DNA of 64,000 nt from Yuukianura sp. NJ FZ-2021 (Eukaryota). This document shows positions 33,401 to 46,635 of this stretch, in pieces. Made by a program: the position numbers and the translations under genes. Location: positions 2,170,001 to 2,234,000 of the forward strand of contig CM102287.1 of assembly GCA_046563655.1 (NCBI GenBank). Direction: 5' to 3'. The notes beneath the pieces are model-generated. The model saw only the letters and a list, made by a program, of their open reading frames with translations. It did not search any database and was not told the DNA's origin. Position 1 is the stretch's first letter, and every line of letters begins with the position of its first letter.

Positions 33401-36400
33401 CTACTTTTACTTTATAGTAAACGTTAAGATCTGCGGAGATCCAGAAATGGAGTGGACAGTTTTTCTTTAAATGGTAATTTAAACCCATCATCATTTTTAT
33501 GACGCGGAAATACGATGCGTAGACAAAACAACAATGCTTCCGTGCTTTGGAAAAGTCATCGTGGGCTTTTGTTTGCCGTAATCGGTAAAGTTAGCTGAGT
33601 TATTTTGGTAAAAGTGTAGGGGTCAAATGCAATTATGATGCAATTTGGTGCTTGTAGTTGTGAAAACGGGGTCAAATAGATGCAGAAATCCACTTTCTAA
33701 GCTTATTTTTAGTTTTTTGGCGGAAATTGGGTCAAAGGTAAACGGAAATTGTGGTTTTTGGATGAATAAATGGAAATTTTGAGAGTTTCGCTTTCGGGGG
33801 AATATTTAGTCCGAATTTTTATAGGCTTCTTCAGACTCTAGAAATAGACTCTTATGCCCGGTTCTACCATTGCAGGTTAAATTTAAACGGAGTTTAAATA
33901 TTTAACCGGAGATTAAAAAATTTAACTGGAGAAAATCGGCCGGTTAAATTTAACCGGAGTTTAACCGGCGGAGGAATACAAGAATTTTGATACCTTGCAT
34001 GCCAGGATTAATTGACGCATAATTAAGTTAATTGAGTTTAAAGGTGGAACTAGTTTTCACTAAACTCAGTTTAACTTTAACCGGCAATGGTAGAACTGGC
34101 CATTAGACTCTGTTGTTTTTGCTTCTCTTTTGGTTTTCTCTAATGCCTAATTCCCAATGACTGCATCGCACGGACGGACGCTGCATGCGATTGCAGCGCG
34201 GACGTACGTCCGTGCAGTGCGAATTCGGAAGGTGATTCCCAATGGCTGCTCCAACGCATGCAGTTGCATCGCCCGACGTACGTCGGTGCGATGGTCCGAT
34301 TTTCTGCTGCAACCCGGTTCTCAATGCAATCGCAACGCTGCACCCAACCTATAAACAGCTGTTGCTTTTTTTATTTCAATTGTTGTTATTGTACATTCTG
34401 TTTCACTGTTTTAAATGTTAAAACTAATCTGGAAAACGCCAACATTGGTTCACGACTGAGTGTGTGGCTTTGGCTAACCTATAAAGTACCGAGTTTGGCC
34501 TAAACAGACAGACAGACAAATGAAGTACTGGTAATTAATTAATAATTAACTAATAATTAGATCTACTTAGTAAAGTAAATCTGATTTTGACTTTTGTAAT
34601 TTGAAGTTTTGTTTACATTTTTGGTTTTGCCGCCTGGACGAATGCGTCGACGGACGCAAAAGTTCAGATTTTTCAACTCATGCGATCTTGCGAAAATCGC
34701 ATGACGGATCGACGTATCCGATTTTCGCATGCGTCGATCGCATCCCGGTTCACAATTGCTGACTGTAAGAAATCGCATGCGTCAGCGATTTTCGCATGAC
34801 GCATGCAGTGGACGCAAACCGGTTCTCACACTTTCAATGCGAATTCGCATGCAGCATGCGAATTCGCATGCGATTGCAGTCATTGGGAATCAGACTTAAG
34901 CTGCTCTCAGCTCCTGACCAACTAATGCCTAATTCCCAATGACTGCATCGCACGGACGGACGCTGCATGCGATTGCAGCGCGGACGTACGTCCGTGCAGT
35001 GCGAATTCGGAAGGTGATTCCCAATGGCTGCTCCAACGCATGCAGTTGCATCGCCCGACGTACGTCGGTGCGATGGTCCGATTTTCTGCTGCAACCCGGT
35101 TCTCAATGCAATCGCAACGCTGCACCCAACCTATAAACAGCTGTTGCTTTTTTTTATTTCAATTGTTGTTATTGTACATTCTGTTTCACTGTTTTAAATG
35201 TTAAAACTAATCTGGAAAACGCCAACATTGGTTCACGACTGAGTGTGTGGCTTTGGCTAACCTATAAAGTACCGAGTTTGGCCTAAACAGACAGACAGAC
35301 AAATGAAGTACTGGTAATTAATTAATAATTAACTAATAATTAGATCTACTTAGTAAAGTAAATCTGATTTTGACTTTTGTAATTTGAAGTTTTGTTTACA
35401 TTTTTGGTTTTGCCGCCTGGACGAATGCGTCGACGGACGCAAAAGTTCAGATTTTTCAACTCATGCGATCTTGCGAAAATCGCATGACGGATCGACGTAT
35501 CCGATTTTCGCATGCGTCGATCGCATCCCGGTTCACAATTGCTGACTGCAAGAAATCGCATGCGTCAGCGATTTTCGCATGACGCATGCAGTGGACGCAA
35601 ACCGGTTCTCACACTTTCAATGCGAATTCGCATGCAGCATGCGAATTCGCATGCGATTGCAGTCATTGGGAATCAGACTTAATGACTACTTGTTGCAGAT
35701 TGCAGTGCCAGATTGCCAGAACTAACGAAGCTTTTTGAGGAAAAATGAAAGCAAAATGATGTAAAAAAGTGAAATTATTGTAATTTTAATTTTTTTTGTT
35801 TCTCGTCTACAGCTTAGATCCCAATCGACATCGGGGCTTGACGAACCACGGCGGGTGGTTAACCTCAATGAGGTCAAATCCAACATTTCCAGTATTACCA
35901 TCACGAGTGTGAAGAGAGAAACTTCGTTAGGCGGAAGATGCCATGGACACTCCCTAATCAAGAGTGACCCTGACACTGACCTCTCTTCCGCAACTGAACG
36001 TCATTTGCCAAATGATAGTGAGTTTCGCACATGCAAAAGAATATATGTAATTTCTCATTTATGCACAGCCAGTTACATTATGGTCATGTCATGTTTCACT
36101 AATCTTTGTGCTCTTCCGACAGGTCATGTGCAGGAGTCACACCCACCAACAACCAATCACCATCACCACCTCCACCACCATGCTAATAGTAATAGTCATG
36201 TCAAATCCAGGAAATCCTACTCCTTATCCCTTCCTAGACATTCTAGGCCACAAATACTGGAATCGCCCACGATGACAACACATAACGCTAACGCTGTTAC
36301 CAGAAAAGACTTAAACCGGAATGTGGATGAGATTTACTGTTGTACTGCCTGTGGCCGGGTCAGTGCTCCCCTGATGGATGCTAGTGTTCAAACAGATGAT

Positions 36401-36445
36401 AATCTCTTTCTACTAATCAAAGGTAATCACCAGAGCATTGTTTAA
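30474..36445 (+). CDS. cnk: Connector enhancer of KSR (CNK/CNKSR): SAM-CRIC-PDZ-PH scaffold
   Basis: MSLLNVTEWTVQQVVEWIGGLD..INGARLL..IGINKVGDQ (SAM); LVRWLTRYPF (CRIC); GDEILQVNYQTVVGW..ILTIKRRPRH (PDZ); RRRATVSGTSP; PH-like GYLHER..FAFKL..YIAAESEREMEIW. The 3' exons 33116-33219, 35813-36017 and 36123-36445 are phase-compatible but less certain. Confidence 0.9.
33855..34102. mobile_element. PIF/Harbinger-type MITE
   Basis: ~40-bp imperfect TIRs (TGCCCGGTTCTACCATTGC / GCAATGGTAGAACTGGCCA); 3-bp TSD TTA; empty site CTCTTAGAC resembles the PIF target CWCTTAGWG. Confidence 0.85.
34144..34896. mobile_element. PIF/Harbinger-type MITE, copy 1
   Basis: TIR core ATTCCCAATGACTGCA / TGCAGTCATTGGGAAT; TAA on both flanks; GCATGC/TCGCA-rich subtermini. 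Confidence 0.82.
34926..35679. mobile_element. PIF/Harbinger-type MITE, copy 2 (near-identical to copy 1)
   Basis: Same sequence as 34144-34896 apart from one T-run length and one T/C difference that I could see; has its own TAA flanks. Confidence 0.82.
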
Positions 36446-36882
36446 AATAACTTACACATTTTATTCCATATTCACAACTTTTCCTTCATTCCTTAAGTCC
36501 TTACTTTGACAAAATAGTTAGGTTAGACACTCTAACCTAACCATGAAACTTGAAAAATAACGTATTTTCCTACATTTTCTAAGTGTTATTCTACTGTTAT
36601 ACAAAGTAGTACTGAGTAGTCGTATCTCTTGTTGTATTATTATCTCTCTTGAGCAAAGTATAAAAATGTTTAATTAAAATTGCAAAAATATTGAGCGCTG
36701 GGATGTTGGGAGGCAGAGAAAAGTTGACAGGTTAGTGGAATGACATTACTAATTTCTAGTAGTGTGCTTGAGTTTAGGGATTTTGAGCCTACTTAACATT
36801 ATAATTACTGATATTCTCTTTAGAATAACAAAAGTGTTGAGATTAATCTAGATCTTGAGATTAGTATAGATTAGGTTTAGGT

Positions 36883-39800
36883 TTAGGCGGAGTCTAGACT
36901 TTGACACTCGCCGGTCCATTTTGCCTTGCCAAGTGTATGTGACTGAAAAGAGATGAGAAAAAGAGTTTAGAAATATTTTCTAAATCTTGAGAAGTTTTCG
37001 TGGCACTGATGAGGCTTAGTGGGTGTCACAAGAGTATTGAAAGTTGTAACACATCACTCAGCTCATCAGTGATCACTTGATCAGGAGCTCAGTCAGTGCT
37101 AAGCTGTTTGGTTAGTCACCTGGTCAAGGTTGCGTGTCCAGGTCGCGTGACATCTTCCATCACAGTCAGGGCAAGGTCGAGAGAGTGCATAGCCTCCACA
37201 TTCTGTACAGTCAAGTGAAGCCTGTTCCTCATGCCAATGGACTCCGCATCTAATGAACAAAACCAAAAATCAGTCAGTCATGAGATGCTAATTCTTCCTA
37301 GAATCTCAAATCTTGTCATATCCAGTCTTTCCAGTTTGAGTCAGACTGGAGAAGTAAAAAATTATGCTAATGATTATGCCTAAGTGAATAGGGTATTACG
37401 TGAAACAGGATCGAAGGTGAATCCGAAGTCCTTCAATTGTCATGTCTTCGAAGGATGAAGAATAGTCGTAAGGCTCGAATTCATCTTCCTCTTCACTGCT
37501 GCCCGAAAGGCTGTGATACATTGATGAAAGGTCAAAACAACGCCTTGTCCCTGAAAAACACAAAAACAGGTTAAAAATAGGGGGAAAGTTTCAGGAATAA
37601 CTTATTTGTTGAGGCTAAATTTAGACGATTTATACTACTTATAATAACTCAAATTTATAATTTTTCATATTCTCAACCTGCCATTGACAGATGCATGTTT
37701 TTTATTTGAATTTTAATATACAGTAAATTTTTAGGTTTCCTACTTATTTATGTAAAACTATTGAAAATGGGAAAAACAAAGTAAAGGGATTGGGAACTTT
37801 CGATCTCCGTTTGAACAAACACGGTGGTGACCTTGCTTGTTCAAACGGAGAGACACAAAGGGCAGCGGCCTTGTCTAACGCCTGCTACGGACTTACTGTG
37901 CTGCTGCTGTGCTGTTGCCGTGGCATCCCCTTGCTTTGCATTGTTAGCATCCTAACTTCCCAATTTTTTGCGCGAGCACAACATGCTCTCTGCTTACCGT
38001 GCTCATGCTCTGCGCGAATTCCTTGCGGTAAGTTAGGATCGGATCGGCAAGTTACGGGATGAAAAAACTTGTTCAAGCAAAATGGCTACATCAGAGTTCC
38101 TATTGGCTGTTAAGTTACTTGTGCTTCGCCGTATTCGAAATAATAACATTATAATAATTAGCACTGAAAATAATCTACAAAAAAGGATTAACTGAGTAAT
38201 TCGATTTCCGCTTGGTTAATAATTGAATTAATCTGAAGTTCCACTTCCAAAAACGATCGTCTGTTTTGTATTCCCAAATTCATGAAATCCGCACAAGACA
38301 CAAAAACATCCATCCACCACTATTTGAACAAACCCACTGCAAGGAATGCCTTCGCTACTTTTCTATGACGTATTTTTAAACTGGCTTTGACGATGTACTT
38401 GACTCAAAGGCAAAACAGAAATGAAGGAGCGTTCACTGCATTCACAGCATTCAAAACTAACTTTAAATTCGGTATTTTTTAACAAAAACAGCGCAGCAAA
38501 GCATCGTCAAGGCAGCAGCACGGTAAGTCCGTACCGAGCGTAAAACTCTTTTCTCGTTTCTCCCCTAGTGACCTTGGATTGTCATCGGAGGCAGTTAACC
38601 CGCAATATCTATTTTCTATTTTCTGTGTAGCTACGTCAATGAAACAAGTATAACAAGTGGTTTTAGATCCTAGACGAACCGTAAAACCTCATCAAATTTG
38701 CACGCGCTGACGCTCGGCCCTTTTGTTTAGAAAGTTTAATTGGGAAGTGTGTCGAAAATGAATGCAATTTAGTGTAACAGCTTAGACTTTATAGCTTAAT
38801 TTAACACGCCGCCGATGCGTTTAACATTTAAACATTTTAGAAAGCCAAATTATATGGAATAGTTTCGGGTTCTACGTACTTTACACAAGTTAAACTCGAA
38901 ATTCGGCTTAAGTTTGGGTTAGGAGTTAGGAGGACTAAATTTAGACTTAAAAATTCGGCCAACTTTAGGACTAACTTTAGGTTTAGGAGTTGAACTAAAG
39001 TTCATGCTGACTCATGACCTTCAACTTTTAACTTTAGAAAAGTTAATGCTCTACGTTGCGTAATTTGGGTCTTTGGGGCTGTTGTGAGTTAGAATTTCCT
39101 AAAGGTTTCTATTTCAATGCAATTTATAAGTCGAGTGAGCTGCAGGAGGTTAGGCGTTGCTAATCATTCACATGGTGACCATTTATAGCCCTCAGCCGAC
39201 CACTTTTCAAATCATTTGATTTTTAGTACTTTCGTACTTTTCATGCATCTTCAGTCGTTCCATTTGATGCTTTTGTGCTGATTGAAGGTCTTTTCAAATC
39301 TGAGAAGTTGCATGTTTCGGAATTTTGAAGACGAGGCATTAAATTTCGAGAGTCGGCTGAGAACTAAAAAGTGCTTTCTTTTTTTTGTAGTAAAAGTTTA
39401 TGGAAGCTGAGAGGTCATTCGTCTGAGATACACGACCCGTCGGAAATGTTTTAGTTTATGAGCATAGTAAAAAAACGGTTAAGCTGCGGTTCATTCGCAT
39501 TTAACTCGGTCGTTCATCTAACCCCGCCAATTCTGCAATTCTAGGGAACCATTACAGTTGTCTGTAAAATCTGACACTTCCCGAAGAAAAGACGGCACTT
39601 AAGTGGCCATGGAAGAGGAATGACCGATGACCTCAATTGAGTCATGGCCAGTCGCTCTCAATGTGCAATGGCTCCACTAGTTGAGTTAATGTTGTAAATA
39701 GACACTTAAGTTGTGTCTTATTTTTAGATGGGAATGCATTGTTAGACGGTGCAGAGACGCAGAAATTAGGAATTGAGGCGAGTGCCAAAAAATTGAACAA

Positions 39801-40868
39801 TTAGATGTTTATGTTTTGGTTTGGTTTCAATTCCAAAGATAGAATTGGATATGGCCGTAAAAAAATTTTCCTTTTGTGAATGAATGCAATTTTGAACCAA
39901 TTGCTTCATCTCTAACTGTTAACTGCTTAAAAGGCAAAGTATAAAACTAAAAGTGTGCACTGTAAAGTGTGTCTTTTGTTTATTTTGGTTAGGGTGTCAA
40001 CAAAAAATTAATTGAGATTCGTCAATTAAGGTATCGTCGAAGGTTCCTACTTATCGTCTACTTCATGAGGTTGCGTTAGCCATAACTTAACGAACCAAAA
40101 GTGACAAACTAACAGCAGGGTACCATCACCAACAGTAGTTAACATTGAAAGTCCAAATGTTTAAGCTTAAAATGGGAATGTCAAACTTTGTACTTTCAGC
40201 TGATCAAATATTAAGTAGAAAGATGTGAAATTTTAGGGATTCCAAATGTACTTTTGGGGATAATTTGTAGTATGAATGCGAACTATTGTTTTGTTAGCCT
40301 AGGCCTCCATTGTTACTGCTGTTAATGCATTCATGTGTATCATGTGCTTGAGTAATCGCTTGAGATAAATATGCAATTTACCAAGAATTGACTACAGTTT
40401 AGCTTCCTGGCGGAAGAAACATTAAGGCGAAGGTCAACTATGCTGTCTTCTTACAAGTAACGAAATAAGTAATTTTAGTGTTATACAGTTACAAGTTAAT
40501 CGAATAACTAATCTATTGTATTTGTTAATTCCAGAAGTTGACTTACGGTTGATGACCCTGCGAGCCTTTGGTTCAGACGTACAACTCGTCATGATGTCGA
40601 AGCTGAAGTTCTTTTGTGGTCGGATCCTCAAGATCTCTTCCCCATCGATATCAAATGTAGAGCCAAAGCAGTTGAACATGGACACCTTGACCTGGTTACC
40701 ATTGGCATCCTTCAGCCCATGTCCAATGGTCGCCCTGCTGCTCAAGTCGCCCGAGCACTTCTTGCTCTTGTGCAGACCCTTCATGGTCGGAATTGGGAGA
40801 AAGTTCTCTTCGTCGTCAAAACGGAAGATCTCTTCTCCGTCGACAGGATTCTGATGGCAGTCTAACAT
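36883..40868 (-). CDS. Pino: Protein pinocchio homolog (Cys-rich C-terminal domain)
   Basis: Exons 40868-40547, 37550-37400, 37249-37120, 36942-36883 in phase: TIEGLRIHLRSCFTCGVHWHEEQASLDCTECGGYALSRPCPDCDGRCHATWTRNLDQSHTLGKAKWTGEC. The first exon is less certain. Confidence 0.85.
37846..38567. mobile_element. Degenerate inverted-repeat element (old MITE?) in a pinocchio intron
   Basis: TACGGACTTACTGTGCTGCTGC (~37886) and GCAGCAGCACGGTAAGTCCGTA (~38512) are inverted with 21/22 matches; the termini are poorly conserved. Confidence 0.45.
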
Positions 40869-42944
40869 TGTGACCTCCTGACCTCTTGTCTTAGGAACTC
40901 TTGGATTGGCTAAAGTCTACAACAACAGTGTAGCGAAGATGCAATTTGGGAAACGAGTGACTCTTACGACCGTTGGAATGGAACTGTTGTCAATCCACTT
41001 CGCTCCCTCTCCTCTTGTAGTAAGTGCAAGAACAGATTATTTCTTTTGGCATTCCCCTTCGTGGTTGGTTTCCCAGCCCCACTCCCCCTATTAGTTGCAA
41101 AAAGTTGCAAAAAATTTGCAATTGTTTCCTCGGGGTACCAGGCAGAGTCACTCACATTGGTCTGTCTAGGCCCATGTCTCTTTCTTGTGGTCATTATTAG
41201 GATAATATCAATGACTTCGGGAAATTTTTGAGTCAAACTTTTTCAGCCATGCAAATTGAACCTAATTCTTGGTTTTTGCAAATTACTTATATCCTGGATT
41301 CCCAGTAAAAATTACGTGACGGAGGTGAGGTAATTTTCCTGCAAAACACAGATTTTGCAAAATGCGTTTCCTTATGTGTCCGGATTGGATTCGCTAATCT
41401 GTGGAAAACAGGGCAGGATAGGAAAATGCAGAAAGTTTGCAAACAATAAGGGATGAATGTCTGTTTGCAAAAATTTGAATCAAAAGTGGAAGGGGTACGC
41501 TACCAATACTGATTTCTAGGAAATTAGCTCATGTTTTTTTTTAGTTTTTGTTTGCTCAAAATGAGTATTTTTTTTTTCAGGTGAAAAGTGCAAATTGTTT
41601 GTGAAGTTCGAAGATTTATTTGGTTAATTAGTGGTTTGTAAGGCGTTTTAATCTCGTAGTTAAATCCACGTGGGTTCTCACGTCCAGTATTTCCCAGACG
41701 TAGCCATTTATTTACGAGCTTTTTTTTTACTTTGGAAAAGCCATCATCGTGCTAAAACTTGAATGAATCCGGACTGGATAATATCTAGTTCTTACGTGCA
41801 GGTCGCAGGTAGTATCAAAACAATACGTTTGCGAAAAAAAATTGCAAAAAATTTGGGGATTTCTCGTTTCTTACGTCGTTAGTTAGGGTTGTTTGTATTG
41901 TTTTTCAACCATTTTACGCTTTTACGTAAAAAAAAATCTCTTTGCAAAAACAGGGAAACTTTTAGGCGTGGATTCTTTTGCCAATTAATTTTACGAGTTT
42001 TGCATGGTTTTACTTTAAAAAACTCAATTTTCCCGTGATTTTTGCCTGGTTTTAGGAAATTCTCACGGTTAATCCCTACATAAAATTAGATAATCCGGTT
42101 CATTTGGGGGGCTGGAATTACTTTTTCCTCACATTGATGGAAGAGCGATTAAATGTGAATTGCTGTGTGCTTGACCAAAAGTCAAACCACAAATAGCAGC
42201 GTTGTCTGCTAGATAACAAGTGCCGAAAGGTCAATGGTCATTTGGTTTTAGTACGAAGTAGAAATAGTTCATGTTTTATGTTGAGTCTGTCCTATGTGGT
42301 CGACGTCAATTTGTTGATGTCATGCTGTGTAACATACGTCAATCAATTTGTTATCTATCAATAACCAATTAACTTGAAATTAACACCTCCGATTAAGCAG
42401 GGGCTAAACCACTACATGGAATTTGTCCATTCAAAGCCAGAAAGAACAATGCGCAGTGTTAGAGTAGTGGAATTCCCCGTAAACATAATTGTGCCGACAG
42501 TTATCTGGTGTGTATCAAATGAAAACTTGACAGCACAATGCATGTTGTTTTGCTGTTCATTCTGTTGTCACTTCGTATCGGTTTTACGCATCCGGTCGTC
42601 CAAAAAAAATGCACATTACGTCAGCATTAGCCAGAATTTTATGGGAGAGCGGATGAACAGTGGCGCCGGGAAGGCCGTAGGTCAAATGGCCCGTGCCGGA
42701 GACAAAAGCAGCGGCATGCTTAGCAATATGCTTCTAAGTATCTAAGTTTGGAGAAAACTGGACCGTTTTGATTTAGAACGCGTTTAGCTGACAGTGGTTG
42801 ATGGAGCGAGAGAAATGGGTGACTTGTGGCGTCCAAGAGTAGGTCTTTATTATTAGTTTCTCTTGCGTCAACTCTTCTGTAGTCAAATTGCTAATACTTG
42901 GGCTTAAGTAGTTGAGTATTTTGGGAGCTGGATAGTTTGAGAAC

Positions 42945-44788
42945 TTAAGACCCGTGATGTGTCCATATGAACCTCTCAGCGTCATAAATTTTGGCTAGAG
43001 TTAGATAGTCACGACCTAAAACGAGGCACAGATTCAAAAGACATTTTTAAAAGCTGGACGGGAGTGGGATTTTGGTCTTATGACTTTCTCGGTTACTTTC
43101 TCTCTTACCCAGCCTGATGTAGGTGTAGAAAGATGTGGTGATGATGGTGGAAATAGAAATTAGTTGATACCATTCCACGGTCCTAAGCAAAACGAGAATT
43201 CCGAGCAGAATAAGCGACGTCTGAAATGCTATGAGAAGCCGTGGGAACGAACTTCCGCTGAACAGCATCTGGAAATTAGGCAAAGTTGTAAGTTCTGAGT
43301 CGATATTGAGAAATTAGTGTGCAGTTTGATCGATTTACTTGAAACCGTTGGTGAATGGGGTTGCCAGGCTCGGAGGCCACGCAGAGCAAACCTTCAGCTT
43401 TGTAGAGTTCTCGCTGATGCTTGACGATCGATCCAGGAGTGAACAGGTTGTCATTGTACCATCTAAGAAAACGGGGTCAATGTTAGTTCTGGCAAGGTCA
43501 AAGAAACTTTAAGCCGGTTTAACTTTAAACTTTTAAGCTGAGCAGGTTTTAAGCTAAGACCTGCATTAAATTGGATTTCTAAGTTCTTGTTCTTACAATT
43601 GCGATGGTATGTGATTCGGTCTCAGGCGGGTCCAACTGCCGAGGTGACATGCCACTTTGTGCAGACCGTCGGAAAACTCGGGGCAGAAAGCTCGACTGAC
43701 CAGGAGGGAGAAGATGGTTAGCCAACAAAAGGCGAGGTGCTGAGAAACCCAGTATAAATCATAATGGACGTAGGGCTGCAATTCCAAGGCAAATATTCGA
43801 TTAGTTTCAGTTTCTACTGCTACTAATTTGATTTTTGATTTTAAGAATGTTTAGCAAACCTGAGCAAAACACCAGGGAATGAATGTTGCGTAGTAAGCTA
43901 TGATGGTGGCGGTGCAAAGAACCTTTCTCAGTCGGTTGTTGAATTCCATCCTCAGAGAATCTACTTGTTCTCGAATTACAAGGGCGTCGTTACTGCAAAT
44001 ATGGCATGGAAGTGATTCAGGATTGTCCAGCTCCTTCATTTCCCAAAGAGAGCGAACTGAAAATCCATACACGTAGGTGTACAGAAACATCCTGGAAACG
44101 AAAACAGAAGTTAGGTTTTGGATATGCTTTGGTAGTTGGACGTTGCATTAGATTTCGACTTCTTACGGCATAACTAAGTAGGAAATGTGGAGATAGGACT
44201 TGCGTTCTTTCCAGAAACAATATCCAGTCATGATCACCCACGAAAACATGTGGATTGTAAGTACGAACTGGAGAATTCGATGGCTGAATGGCGGCAGTAA
44301 CGTCTTCAGCATCAAATAGGGTAACCGTCGACATAACACGGCGAAAATGAACGCCACGATTTTGAAATCAATGAGGTGGAAGTTCTAAACCAACAAACGT
44401 AGGATCAGTTATGTGTTTTACTAGTGGCAATTGATTTTTAGTTTGTGTAGCTTTTACCACACCGGAATTGTTGAAACTTTGAGGCAACCACCAGACTGTT
44501 CTGTACAAATGAACAAACTGGAGACCAGTGAACAGCGCAATGTGAAGACAAAGAATGAGCTCAAAGATTTCCGTAGATTCTCTTGGCATGTGCGGTATCC
44601 GAATGTGTTTGACATCGTAGATGATTACTCTGCAATGAATCAATTGTTAAAAACGATTTTCATCAATAATTTATGTTTGATTTGTTCTGTATTGTCGTTT
44701 ACCTTTCGTCTTGGGCAGGACTGACAATGGGGTAGACAAGGTTCTGTTTCGACGTTATTGTTCTTCCCAATCGCCTCCCCCCGGCCAT
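42945..44788 (-). CDS. TMEM39: Transmembrane protein 39 (TMEM39A/B homolog)
   Basis: MAGGRR start; QFVHLYRTVWWLP; HICSNDALVIREQVDSLRMEFNNRL; AYYATFIPWCFAQ; LHKVACHLGSW; last exon from 43015 RDYLTLAKIYDAE..* (TAA 42945-42947). Confidence 0.94.
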
Positions 44789-45317
44789 ACTTGCAGAATT
44801 ACTCATTCAAAGTTAAAAAAATCGGTTATTTATTATTAATTGGTTATGGAAAAATCGTTTCTTGATTTCGGTCTGGAACTTGACCCAGTCTGTGCCTGGT
44901 TACCTGTCCCTGACATAAATTTGAAATTGGATTTTAAGATTTCGTAGATGTTGGACACAACTTACCCGCGCCATTTTCGAAGAGGATGGGCAAACCGTTT
45001 ATGGTTTACATGGTAGCTTTTGCCTTTCGCACGTGCGGTAACTTAATTTTGTTAGTTTGATTGTTAAGTATAATTGCAATAATTTAATTAGTGATAGAAA
45101 TATTAATTATCGACAGTTCTCTTTAATATATTGTAATAATTTTTACAATTAAATATTTTCTGCTGCCAACTCTGGTGGGTGGTGCTTCATGTCGGGAGTG
45201 TTTTAGTGTAACCCTTGTTTTGGGAAAAGGATGGAAAAGATAAACAACAAAAAAGGCGGCTCTTCTCCTCGCTCGCTCATCTGTTCAATATCAACTCAGC
45301 ACGGAGGATTGGGTCAA

Positions 45318-45550
45318 GGTAAGGATTAACGACCGTCATTGTAGCCGCACAGTGTAGCCGCTCCGCCATTTTTTGTGGCTACAATGGGTGGCTACACCTG
45401 AGCGGCAGCTTAAGTAGCCACTTTAACCTAACCTAACCTAACCTAAAGTGGCAACATAAGTTGCCGCACAGTGTAGCCACCCATTGTAGCCACAAAAAAT
45501 GGCGGAGCGGCTACACTGTGCGGCTACAATGACGGTCGTTAAAGCTTACC
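45318..45550. mobile_element. Fold-back MITE with a central (CCTAA)4 loop
   Basis: ~105-bp arms GGTAAGGATTAACGACCG... / ...CGGTCGTTAAAGCTTACC; TCAA directly repeated on both sides; superfamily unclear. Confidence 0.85.
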
Positions 45551-45826
45551 TCAACCGAGGATTGTTTACTTCTTGTTTGTAAGTTCTGAACAATTAATCG
45601 GGTTTAAATCGATTAGTTTAAGATCTTCAGCAGTTAACGTGAGGTAAGTTGGAGTGGAGCTGTTATAGTCAATTCTTTTCCTGATCAATCTGTGAATCGG
45701 AGATCAACCTTGTCTGTCAATTCTACCAAGTCCATTCTCTCTTTTTGTCTGGGCCACTGGGTCTGGCTCTGGGGGGACAGTCTTCGTTTTTTTATGGCGG
45801 CGCTTGTTACCGGCATCATTGCGTCA

Positions 45827-46635
45827 ATGTCAACACAAGAATTGCTTGACCCTTATTCTATGAGTGACGAATTACTTCGCTCAATTCTTTCAGAAGTAAT
45901 TTACTTATTATGAATGATATTCGTTTCTGTTTCAGCAGTAGAGTTTCATGGCAGGAGTAAGGCAGGCAACCCGTGTGCTAACAGGTCATATCCCCTCCCA
46001 TATCTCCTCCAGTACTACTGTTAACAGTGTTGCCGCGCCGAAGGCGCGGTGTTAGGTTTCTAATTTGACAATAGTGACTACGTTTGGAGGTTTGGTTGGA
46101 AGTGGCAACGCTGCTGCTAGTAGTACTGGAGGGGATACGGGAGGGGATATGACCTTTTAACACAGGGGTTCTCTGCCTTACTCCACCCGAGTTTCATCGT
46201 AATCAACTACCATCATTTTACTTATGCTTTGTGTTTTTTTTTTCGTTACAGCGTGGCCTGTTCACTGGAGATGAAGTTGGACGATGGCAGTTACTTGAAT
46301 TTTACAATACACTCGTCCTGCCTAAGCCAAAACGTGAACCGGATCCAAGAAGGCTGCGACATTCGCACCGCGATGTGTCTTCATCATCTGCCAATGTTGT
46401 ACTGTTTCCTGAGTCTAAACTGGATCACGGTCAAACAGGCAGCTGCTCTAAAAAGCAGCAAGCGAATACGGAGTCAACGGTAAAGAATTCTGCAGTAACT
46501 GTAACGTCGCAAGTGGTTCGAGTATCAGCAGATTCCAAGGAACGCAGCAGTCACAAAAGACCTCCCCCAGCATTTACGCCTGACGAGGAACCGCCGCCAC
46601 CTAAACGCAAAATTACTCCTATCACATACCCGTGA
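45827..46635 (+). CDS. Ashwin (C2orf49) homolog, tRNA-ligase complex subunit, 2 coding exons
   Basis: MSTQELLDPYSMSDELLRSILSE|RGL..LLEFYNTLVLPKPKRE and C-terminal KRKITPITYP* fit the Ashwin pattern (LLHPELLS..PLPQR..KIQHVTWP). Alternative in-frame ATG at 45794. Confidence 0.85.
45950..46188. mobile_element. Mutator (MULE)-type MITE in the Ashwin intron
   Basis: Perfect 9-bp TSD GAGTTTCAT (45941-45949, 46189-46197); ~85-bp imperfect TIRs starting with GG. Confidence 0.88.

Noticed and set aside
42374..42745. 123-aa ORF downstream of TMEM39
   Set aside because: Non-ATG start, no recognisable domain and no convincing splice structure.
43047..43110. TMEM39 ending at the ORF-track stop 43047
   Set aside because: A GTAAG donor and a downstream exon (RDYL..IYDAE) give the conserved C-terminus ending at 42945.
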